DNA of 63,797 nucleotides, the filler included, from Choristocarpus tenellus KU-1152 (lineage: Eukaryota; Protista; Phaeophyceae), in the NCBI GenBank assembly GCA_964200185.2. It is 8 parts of 8 records of this genome, joined end to end, with 100 filler letters (N's around TTAATTAATTAA, not from the genome) between each part and the next. Parts side by side here need not be neighbours in the genome. Positions count along the whole stretch, not along the records: positions 34,670 to 42,941 come from CAXNAD020004911.1; positions 43,042 to 49,306 come from CAXNAD020008535.1; positions 49,407 to 59,284 come from CAXNAD020003313.1; 5 more parts are not named here. One strand, 5' to 3'. The stretch's first letter is position 1, and every line of letters begins with the position of its first letter. Below, in pieces: positions 41,475 to 52,800 of the stretch. Under the pieces are notes generated by a model. That model worked only from the letters and a program-made list of their open reading frames with translations. It did no database searches and was not told the DNA's origin. Position numbers and translations under genes: made by a program.

Positions 41475-41730
41475 GAGTGAAAGTATCTTAGAGGGTACCA
41501 GTTTTTCCCTGTTTGTCCATTTGGGGCTTGGCTTCCCACGGGTTTTTTATGACAATTTCCTAATCCGAAATGTCTTGGAGTAGGTAATGTGTATATATCA
41601 TGAAAAACTGTGTCCGGAACAAGGATATTGACACTTCCGAACAAATACAATAGCCAAAATTACATCAAAATCAGACATTGGATTTTGCCCCCAAATGGAC
41701 GCGGCTCTGCCCTCTAAGATAATTCGGCTC
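41475..41730. mobile_element. MITE family B
   Basis: Both TIRs; TSD ATAT. Confidence 0.9.
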
Positions 41731-41788
41731 ATATGAATGCTATTCCATTACATATAGCGTGGTGCTTTCACAAGAAGATAATGTAGAA

Positions 41789-42573
41789 CGACAGCACACT
41801 CCAATGGTGAAACGCCGGCACCAACTATGCAAGGGGATGGGCATCCCTTGCATGATGGAGGACGGTATCCCTTTCACAGTGGACAGGAATCTCCGCATGG
41901 ATCTGGTGTTCCATGCAGGAGCAATGGTGCACGACGGAAAAGCCCCCAACAAGGACAAAGGCCTTCTTGTAGATGTCACATTCGCAGAGGTACAAGCAAC
42001 CTCCCACCTTACCCACTCATTCACCAGCAATGGTGTAGCTTCTGCTGCAGCCGAGGTGCGAAAGCGCACCCACTACGAGGGATCTTTTGATTCTCATAGT
42101 TATTACCTCAACACCTTTGTGGTGGAAAGTTTTGGGCACCTCGGCAAGCAAGCGGAATGCTTCCTGGATGAGCTGGCTACTCATATGGTAGGGGGGAGAG
42201 GTGCGCGAGGATATAGCAGAAAAGGAGTAGTCAAATCCCGGCTACGCCAAATTGTCTCGGTAGCTACGCAAGTGACACTGTCTAGATGTGTCATACGTTT
42301 TAAGCTGGAGTCACCAGGGTGTTGGGCACCGAGGGGTTTATTGGATTCTTGGGAGGTCTCCCTAGGTCCTCCCCCTGGGGCACAGGTATAGGTAGATTGG
42401 GGACACAGGAAGGCAGTATTGCTACATAGATAGTGGTGAAGTAACAAATGGATTAGTTCTTTCACATTTGACTTCTATTTTATTTCATTAGGGCTTATAC
42501 TGACATGTTGAACAGTTTTTATTGGTTTCCCCCCTGACACATCTGCAAAATGTCAGAGGGCATAATAATAAAA
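41789..42573 (+). mobile_element. 5'-truncated RLE-type (CRE-like) non-LTR retrotransposon with TSD
   Basis: RMDLV..LLVDVT..AEVRKRTHY..VESFG restriction-like endonuclease motifs; (TAA)n/A tail; flanking direct repeat ATAATGTAGAA at 41778-41788 and 42574-42584. Confidence 0.85.
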
Positions 42574-43585
42574 ATAATGTAGAATGTGCTTTATGAAGTT
42601 ACAGTGAAGAGCGATACCTATCGATAGGGGGGGGGTAGTTCCTAGTCTCATAATCACGCTTTCACGCAATTCCGTGTATCACCGATAGAAATATTTCCTA
42701 AAATGTTTCTTCAATATTGCTATATTCCGATTTTCTGATCCATCAGTAATCTACCGTTTTACACACATTATCTTGCTACGTATATAATTCATTCTTCATG
42801 TTGTGAAAGAATAGCATTTATTTGGTGTGTACAGTTCTTCACAGTAACATGCTCCCAAAGAACGTGGTGCTTTGACAAGAAGATAACGTAGAATGTGCTT
42901 TATGAAGTTACAGTGAAGAGTGATACCTATCGATAGGGGGGNNNNNNNNNNNNNNNNNNNNNNNNNNNNNNNNNNNNNNNNNNNNTTAATTAATTAANNN
43001 NNNNNNNNNNNNNNNNNNNNNNNNNNNNNNNNNNNNNNNNNTGGACGATTGATTCCCAGCTAACCCTAACCCTAATTACTACAAAACCGATATTGTACCA
43101 TATAAATTATGTGCCGCTTTTTTCGGGGATACCCATGGGTGCACAAATTCGGGGTAGGTACTGTATTACCTTTGTCGACCCTCGACCTGGAACCCCTCAG
43201 ACCCCAGACCTCAGACAAATGTAGATTTTAGTCAAATGTGAAGATACTGAACTCATAATAATTTGCAATATCAATGAATGTCACTGTAATTACTGCTTTA
43301 TGCAAGTATAATATATGGTGGCGCATCTAGAAAGCGCGTGCAAAAGTCCATTATTATGAAGTGTTCTTACTGGGTTCAGTGTAGGCAGCAGGGAGCGGCA
43401 TATGCGGTCAGGTTATGAGGTATGACTTGGGTACAACCACAGGATCCAATGTTTACTAGTGACAATAAATGTGCAACGACTGATATTGTACCCTTTACAT
43501 GAGACTGTTTCAGACGCCGATTGAGGGGCTACATGTTTCGATGTGCATGTGTTAATATTCTAGACCCTGCTCTGTTCTTGTTCAC

Positions 43586-46500
43586 CTGTGACCCAACCAG
43601 AAACGTGGATACTATTTTCCCCTGTTGCCTCGTTTTCTTTGCCCCTGTCACCACACCGGCATCCACCAGCGGCAAGATCCCATCAGAGAACATCTCAGTA
43701 TGGATTCCCAGGTCCTTGACCATATTGACCAACGAAACAAGACAGTGTGACAAAATGGGGTGGACTGCATACGCTGAGTAGGGATTATATAGATTGAAAA
43801 TGACTACAGGCCTATCGAAGATTGCTTGCAGTGTGTGCAAGCAGGAGGGTGTAGGGGACCGGCAGTTATTGAACAATATTTTAATTATCACTGAGATGCT
43901 ACAGTAGATGCTCATGAGGTGCAGCAATATGGGTAAAACGTGCAAGAGTTGGCTCTGTCTAAGGGTGAGAGGAAATGATACACATTATCTAAGTTGGAAA
44001 AAGGACAATAAATCAACGCACACATCCTTCATTGTGGAATCGTCCACTGTTAAGGGTTTGATGCAAGACGAGCGCAAGGATGACACTACATGAAGTACTG
44101 TCCTGGAGTAGTTGATTTGGGTGTGACTTTGTTTCATGAGGGTGGGGTGCCTATTTCATGTTCCAGAAGACAAGATCTAAGTCTGATGAGCAACAATAGG
44201 CAATCACTCCTTTTGAGATCAAATTGAACTTTTCTCCTACAGTGCTTGTGAGTTTTGTCTAACTTGTGTGATCGAGATGAAGGCTGAAATTGGTGCTAGT
44301 TATTAGACTCAAAACATTTAGAGATCCTGCACGTAATATAGTTATGTAAGTTCATGAATTGTACGTTGTTGTGGGGACCTAGAGTACACAATACGTCTTC
44401 GTTGAGCCAATGGGATGTGGGTTACGTGGCAGCAAGCATAATAATAGGCAGCCTACCTTGTGCCCTTGCAGGGCCAACAGGGCAGCAGTGGGAATTGTGC
44501 CAATGCCCATCTGGAGCGTAGAACCATCCTCCACCAGATTCTCTGCCACCAGTTTGCCTGTCGATGATTTGAAGCAAGGAAGAGGTGGGCACCAGACTGT
44601 GAGGGAGGACAGAGTTGGCATGGCGTCTATTGTTTGTGATGATATCTTTTGTAGAGAGGTATTTATTGGACGAGAACCAAGAGACCCAAGAAGGAGCAGG
44701 ATACCCATTAAAGGAGATACCAAACAGCAAACACCGTTATAAAAATGTCATCCTCAGGAACTTCTGACTCCACAGTGGGCGTGTATCTCTAACACTCTTC
44801 CTAGATTAGGAATAGTCTTTATCAACACGTCTTCAAGATCAACAATGCAGCACTCTGCAATACTCGTCATGTAAATCTGTATACCGAACTCAATCTCTAC
44901 CTATCTTGACGTCTGCAGTCCCAAGCTCCTTTGGTTCTGATGAATAGATGGGATGGTCATGCGCTACGATCATATCGAAGTTGCTGACGTGGATTATGCC
45001 ATCTCCATGGGTGCGGGGCATGTGCCTTTTGGCAGAGACATTGATGGAGGCAAGGGCTGAAAATATGAGGGACAAGGGATTTATAACTGCTACGAGTAAG
45101 TAGATTGTACAGGGGTATTACAATTAGGACAAGCAGTGTGGGAAAATTGAAGCAGGTCACAGTAAAGATTAGCGTAAGTGAACTATTTAGTAGGAACCTT
45201 GACACCCCTTTTTCGCTTGCAACAATTGCGACTCTGATGCTACCACTTTCTTGAAGTGGACGCTTGTATAAGCTTTCAATAATAGATCATAGAGTGAGTG
45301 CCAACGTTTTATAGAGTAATAAACAATGATATTAAACAGCGGATAACTAAACATTAGAGGAGAGGGAGCAAGGAGGATATGGTCCGTGTAGTCATTGGAG
45401 GACATCAGTGACTTACTTGTTAACCTGACCTATCACTACCTTGGCACACTGAAGTGCCGCTCTTGTGCAGTCCACCGAGGTTCCCAGAGAACAATACCCA
45501 TGACGGTCAGGCGTAGAGACCTGTTCCTCATACATAACAGAGTTAAAGAGAGCGGAATAAGAGAAGTTCATCTTCATTCTCTTGTGCTGCTGGATGGCAA
45601 AACTGACTTTCTGGCTAAAAGGGATATATCTCTAAATGAACCCAAAAACGACTCGTGGATCCTCCCCCTGTCTCTCAACTTAACAGTAGCTGGCGTCCTT
45701 GCACATTCTATACTGAGCCTATTATCTCGGTAACGCTTGCATTCAATGTTCTTCCTTGTGAGTATATATTCCAATTCGAAATTTTAGAGCAGTCAAGTCC
45801 TTACACCCACAGGGCAACAACAGGTGGTTGATTTTTCTTCCCGCTCTCCTCTCACTATGCCTTCTATTGTTTTCTTCCACTAACATCCACTTCTAAATTA
45901 ATCTCGCACCTTGCAAACGTCCTCCCAGCATACCCACCCACCTTCAATATGAAGTGTTGTCTGCTTGATCCAACTAAATCTCACCTGCACCATGGCCACG
46001 TCCAGTGGAACTATGCCCTTCCTGAATAGCAAAGGAGTCTCACTGAGGAAGATGGGCAGGTAGTCAGCCCTCCCCTCGTTTGTTGCCTGGCGAACATTGG
46101 CTTCAACAAACATGGACTTCGTTCTGAATATGCCCTTCCAAAGATACAAGAACATCACAAGGTGAGGAGAAGCTGTGGCAAAGGGCTAAGTGCTTGACTT
46201 GTAGCGTATTGCGTAGTACATGCTTGTTGTGTATATGCTGAATCTTGGGGGGGAAAGGCTATCTACCTTGAAACATGAACCGGAGGCAATAACTCTTACA
46301 ATACTATAAGTCATTCAGGAATCACTGTGAGCCGAATGACAACATTACCACGATGGTGTATATTCCTGTGCTATCTCTAGATTTCATGTCCACACTAAAT
46401 TTTGCGCATGTTGTGATTGGGGGGAAGAGGAGGAAAAACAAAGCAAAGAGTGAAAGTATCTTAGAGGGTACGAGTTTTGCCCTGTTTGTCCATTTGGGGC

Positions 46501-48278
46501 TTGACTCCCCATGCGTATTTTAATGACATTTTCCTACTCAAAAATATTTCGAGTAGGTAAAACGTATACGTTATGAAAAGATGTGTCCAAAACAAGGATA
46601 TAGAGACTTCCTAACAAACGCGATAGCCAAAACTATATCAAAATCGTAACATTGGATTGTGGCCCCCAAATGGACGCGGATCTACCCTTTAAGATACTTT
46701 GGCTCCAAAGATGTAACAATAATACGACAACCTTACTCCTAAGAGTGCGCGTAAATATAATTCAAACAAAGTACTTCGAGTGTGTGGGACTATTTTCTGA
46801 GAAGTATATAGTATATACTTTTATGCCCATTGACATTTTGCAGGCGTAGAAGGGAACAGGAAGAGAAATATCTCAAGGCAAGGAATACAACAAACACCTC
46901 AAAACAGAGTGTGTATTGCGTACAGTAAAGACCTGATTCACCAACGAGGGCCATGGTATATTTGATATTCATATCCTGACGACGAACTATCAATGGGCTG
47001 TGGTAAACATGGCATTCGTTCCGAACCAAGCACTGGAGGAACAACATAATGCTTCAAGTCCTCCTCATTTCTGAATAGTTCAGGTAGTTCATGCTATCCA
47101 GAGAGCCCTATGACTATGACCATGATCCAACACCGTACACCGAATCACCAACTCTTGTTTTGGGCGAATCTTCTTACCTCGCAGTCCTCTTGCACATAGG
47201 GACATTCCCCGTAAGTGAAAATGTGGAACACAGAAACGCCTCTCAGGCCGTTCTGAAAGGATACACACGAGATCAAAGAGGTCAGTACAAAATAACCTGG
47301 GGGGTATAGTTATAGTTCCCATAGGTAAGGAGAAGTGGAGAACAGATATTAAATTTTGTAGTAAAAATAGAGATTTGTCGTTTTACCGAAATTTTGGTCA
47401 GGTATAGGAAGTTATTGCTCGATTCCTCCTCTTCTGGAACCTCATCATGTTCTTCATGACTCTTTTGTTTGAGGTACACAGACTTACAGGGCGGCGAGAG
47501 TTGGGTGCGGTAGAATGAAGAGGATGTTAACTTTTTCAATTATTTCAGTCCACGCCTGTTTCCACCTGCCTTGTGACCTTCCTGTTTCACTCTTTGGAAT
47601 CCAGAAACCGCATGCCCTGATTGATGTCACCCTAACAAAGGATGCGATGACCTCGCATGGAAGACATGCTTTTGGATTATTTACCTTCTTCCCATGCTCT
47701 GCCATTGCTGTCGTCAGCAGTGAAGGTGTTGCAGCCATTCCCTGCACATATACGTTGTTGCCACTCTCGATCACCTCCACTGCTTCCATTGCCGTGCAAA
47801 CCTTGGCCGTGTGACCCGGGACAGGGGCCATTGGTTCGTGCCTATCGAGCAAATAGTGCGATACAAAGGTTCGTTCACATTCAACCTGAAAGGGTATTCG
47901 CTTGAGAACGACGTCGTAGGCGGGCCCTCACCACTACCAAAATAACCTTTTTTCTCAGGTCGAGTGAATTGTTGGCACAATCAATTGGAGGTAACAATTT
48001 GGAGTATTTACGGGTTACTCGCCTGAAGTCCATCACCAAAGATTCGCGGGTGGAATGGAACCCTTGTACTGCGGCAGTATTTGCAAGTGTAGGACACAGG
48101 CGACGCCAGTGCCTGGAAAAATTGTAATCGGAAACAAGGAGGAGGAGGGGCCTCTACATGAGAGAATCGACTCAACTGAGTGCGATGTTAAGAGTGCGAT
48201 GTAGGTGTGTTCATATCCATGCCTCGCACAAGCTGACTTCTACATGGCAGAGGGTATGGTCAAGCCTCACCAGTACAT
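43586..48278 (-). CDS. Acetyl-CoA hydrolase/transferase (4-hydroxybutyrate CoA-transferase-like), probably mitochondrial; 3' end cut by gap
   Basis: Exons 48278-48271 and 48112-48023 (both inferred), 47841-47685, 47252-47178, 46134-45985, 45520-45417, 45025-44901, 44557-44457, 43714-43586; motifs GMAATP, GRADYLPIFLSE, GYCSLGTSVD, MPRTHGDG, DGSTLQMGIG, DLGIHTEMFSDG. Confidence 0.93.
46448..46705. mobile_element. MITE family B
   Basis: Both TIRs; TSD CAAA; intronic. Confidence 0.9.
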
Positions 48279-49406
48279 GAGTCGACACACGTAGAGTCGT
48301 AGATCCTACTGATTTCATATGAGGTAATTGCTCTTCTTCGGAACCCGACCTCTAGGAGCTAGACTGGTTGGAAGAGAGAAATCCTCGATCACTCTCACTT
48401 CTTGGGAAGGACACCGTTCCTAGTCAGGGATCCGTGCACTCTTGCAGCTGCAGCACGAAGCGTTAGAGACGAGGTAGTCATGTTGCAGTGAAAGAGGTAA
48501 TGCCTTCAGTCTCTCGGTTTCTCTCCTCCACGTTCTATATGTTGGAGGGTAGATGAACACTAGTGTTGATAAGTGCAGGGAGCCTGGTTGAGAGCCAGCT
48601 GGAGGGACAGGCTATATTCTAGTGTATACTATACTATTTATTAGTAGTAATACTTCGAAGTAATACAATATATGCAGTATGTATGGAGAATGATGTGTTT
48701 CGTCACTCGTTTCATACTACTATATAGTGTAGTACACACGATATAGTAGAGTACAGTAGTGATATGTATTAGTAAAGTAGTACAATTGGTATGTAAGTGT
48801 GTTAGGGGAAAAGCCAATTCAATATCTTCAGAAGCCTTGTATGATCAAACTTTCAATACAACATACTTTTTCTGTACTATTCTATATTCGAAACATGTAG
48901 AAGACTTTTCTCTTCAATCTAGCGCTGGTACAAAGGGAGCAACACATTCGACGAAGCAATCTCATGCAAGTACTCTCACTACTGTTTATGACCACAATGG
49001 GGGTTTTTTTTGCCCTGGCGCTTGTGTAGGGTAGAACACATCTTGGTGGCTTGGTGTAGCAGTAGGCTTATTGACAGTCACCATCACTGCACTACCCATT
49101 TATTTATTCAAGTTGAGGCGAGGAAAAGTATTTTCAACTCTCTGACCCTGCTGCCATGTTGCCAATCGCAGAAGACTGTTGCCCCATCGATATACATGGG
49201 CATCCAACAGCTGATGTATCATCCACCAACGATGAGACAGTCTCTACCTGTTCATTCTCGATCCTCCTTCGCACAACCTTCGACACCTCGCTTTTCTGTC
49301 TCCATCNNNNNNNNNNNNNNNNNNNNNNNNNNNNNNNNNNNNNNNNNNNNTTAATTAATTAANNNNNNNNNNNNNNNNNNNNNNNNNNNNNNNNNNNNNN
49401 NNNNNN

Positions 49407-49562
49407 GGGGGGTTGTGAGGGGGCATCCATTTCGGTCAAACAACCTTTTTTTTTTTTTTTTTTTCAAATCCGACACGTGCGACCAAATCACACCAAAAAA
49501 GGGAAAATAGAAAAAAGGGTGAAAAACGGACGCCGACCCCCCCCCCCCAGGTACTTTGACCC
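49407..49562. mobile_element. MITE family A variant, truncated by gap
   Basis: Right TIR present; interior shared with 34670-34806. Confidence 0.75.
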
Positions 49563-49817
49563 TGAAAATATATGACAAAAGGCAGAGATACTCGAAAGCA
49601 ACAATTGAAAAACAGATAAAAATGCGCAGAAATTTACTGGCAAAACCAAAATGAATTGGACGGCGAAGTCTCCACAGACCAGGTGAGACTGCTACCTGAA
49701 CTGTTGCTCTCCTTTGCAGTAGTAGATTATCTGTGTAGCATAAGGGTTTCATCAAGTAAATTTCTACTGTCATTGATACGACCAACACTTGGCTCTCCAT
49801 GGGAAGGGCCTGTTCAC

Positions 49818-52800
49818 CTTTCATTTAGGTGCCCCTCCTTGAGAACATCTCCAAGAACAGGAACCCAAGTCAGCCCAATCTCTCTATCTCCTTCTCCTGT
49901 CTCATCCCACGGTCCCAGTTCAAGTTCAGTTCGTCTATGGCCATCAAACAATTGTGCTAGAACCAAAATACACCAAGTAGGAGGTACCTACCAAATGCGT
50001 GTTGGCAGGAAGGAGACAATTGTAATTTTGAGGGATAGGATTTGTTTATTGTGAATATTGCAGTACTAGTTTCTGCATCCTACAAACATCTAACGGAAAA
50101 TACAGAGGACAAGTGCAATTCCTTCTTTTCAGGGCCCTTGGTTTCGAAGTCATGCAAGGGTGCCAATCACCAAACTAATTGCAGCTATTTAAGCTTCCTA
50201 GAGTTTCAGAAACGCCTCCGAAGTAGTTGCCAACATTCACTCCTCAAGGGCAGCACTAGTTGACCACAGAGAATCTAAGTCAATAATTCCAATCATGTGA
50301 CTCTACAAAATCAATTTCGATATATAATTGGTAGACATTCTCAACATTCATTGTTGATCTTGTTGCACACAATGCAGTTCGTGCATAATTTTACTTCAAG
50401 TACACGAAATCGTACATTTTGCATCAAACTTTGAGTAAAATTATCTTAGAGGGTAGAAGTATTGCCCTGTTTGTCCGTTTGGGGCTTGGCTACTCACGGG
50501 TTTTTTATTACATTTTCCTACCCCGAAACATTTCGGAGTAGGTACAATGTATGCATTGTGAAAAGGTGTGTCCGGAGCAAGGATATTGACACTTCCTAAC
50601 AAACAATATAGGCAAAATTACATCAAAATCACAACATTGGATTTGGCCCACAAATGGATGCGGCTCTATCCTCTAAGATACTTTGACTCTTCCATCAATC
50701 ACCTCTTCTCAAGATGACACTCAAGAAGGTCGGCAATTGACTGGAACTCTGAGTTCACACAACTTAGGCTTGAGTATCAAGCTAAAGAAAGGAGTAGGTC
50801 TCTCACATTCACATGTAGCAATGCCACTCTCCCACCAGACTGACTTGCAATTGGTCCGTTTTCATCTTCCCACTCATTTTTTATCCCATGATAGCTTTTA
50901 ATGATGGATGGCACTGGCAGTGCAGCCCTCCCCATTATTCCATCTTTGAAAGTAGAAGAGTATGCGGCGAAGGTGATAAAGGGCGACCTCATATGTACTC
51001 CTCTCTGATTACATCGTGTGGCAGTTACCTATGAGGTATGAAAAGATCCAGCTGGGTTTGCTGAGTGGCCTGTTGTTTTTTGGTGTTAGGGCTAGGGTGA
51101 TGAGATAGCACTATAGAGCCCTTGATCAATGAGCTTTGGTGAGAAGAATATTTTTGGTTGTCCCATCGCTTCCCATTGCCTCTCTTGAACAGAATAGCAA
51201 TGAGAGTGGGGAAAGAAAAGACTGTAATAGATAAATATCAAATGTTGACTGTAATACATTAATATCAAATCTTGACTGTAACAGATTAATATCAAATGTT
51301 GATTGTAATACATTAATATCAAATGTTGACTGTAACAGATTAATATCAAATGTTGACTGTAATAGATTAATATCAAACGTTGACTGTAATACACTAATAT
51401 CAAATGTTACAGCAAGCGCTCTTATGAAACATACTCTCATTGGAATCATTGCAACAGTCAAGTTCATTCATTGTCACCCTTCGAGTTGTGTAGGGAGTCA
51501 GAAAAGTGATCTAATCTGGATTTGTAACACAAACCTCGACTTTTCGAGATGGTGAGGTATAATGCTATTCCAAGAAGATCCTATTCCTGAATCACATCAA
51601 GACCACAAGGAGCAGGGTGTGACAATCAACTTAATAGCCGGCAGAAAACGTCAAGTCTTGCCCCTGCTTGATTTGGTCAAGATACTGAAATTAATGTTGA
51701 TCGCTCCTATTTGTTCTACATCGTGGTCTATAAAATATGGGACTAGTGTCTCAGTGATACCCCGTGGTATGTGTTAAAATACCTTGGTATCTCACCGCAG
51801 ACATAGAACATATATCAGAGGAGAATTCATTGCAAAGGCAAGAAAACAACGAGTTTTACAGGACATTAGAAAGCTTTCCCGTCCCCCGATGCCAATTCCC
51901 CTGCACTGAGATGTGAGGTTCACGTAACCTGAAGATGTAGGTGTCCTGGAATGTCATTCTCCCTCCAGGACATCGGGCGTTCAATTCCTATTGTGAAGCA
52001 TCCCTTGGCAGAAAACATGGCTTTTATAACCAGGCAGCATAGCAGGCCTTGCCGATCACTGCTGCTGCTGTGGCAGGGAAGCTCAGCATGGAGGAGGCGA
52101 TCAGGTATCAATACAAGAGGGGGTAGCTCCAAGTTGACCCTCGCCAATTGCTCCTTTACGAAAATAATTTGAAAACAGTGTAGGGCAATGGATTGATTTC
52201 CGCTTAGTTGGGTTGAAGATGATGTTGGTCCATGCATATCAGCCAAAAAGTATCGGAACCACAGAGGAGACAAGAAAATGATGATAAGGTCAGTTGCCTC
52301 AAAACAATTCTCCGACAAAAAGAGCCATACGTGTGCATCTTTACCTGGTGAATATGTAGATAAGGGTTTATGGCTCAAACGGTGTAAGATTGTGTGTTTA
52401 ATATTAGATGAGAATACTATCTTTTTTCTGTTTTATGTGTATTAATCTGCAATAGGTTGATCATCTTATATTCCTGCCAGGATCAAAAACTAATTGGATT
52501 GAGAGAGAGAGAGAGAGAGAGGTGACAATTTTGAAGGGAAACAGGTATACAAATAGATCACATGTGATTAGATTTTGTTCGTTATTACAATGGAGTCAGT
52601 AAGTTTCACCCATCCTGTATATGGCATAATTCTGTTTCACGGTAGGTCATTTCCCCGGCACAAAGGTGTTCATTGAAAAAGAGCATGGACAAGTGAAAAA
52701 ATGCATAGAAATGCTTCCACTCGGGCTCTAGGGCTCTAGAAATAGTCATCCCAACAGCATTTACTCAACTATCTAAATTGGATTTGAGTAAGGCTGTGAA

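Noticed and set aside
43060-43075. Telomere
   Set aside because: Only about 2.5 CCCTAA units, internal to a contig.
51220-51408. CRISPR-like array or repeat-protein ORFs (51092-51467)
   Set aside because: No spacers or cas genes; the ORFs arise from a 27-bp in-frame tandem repeat.
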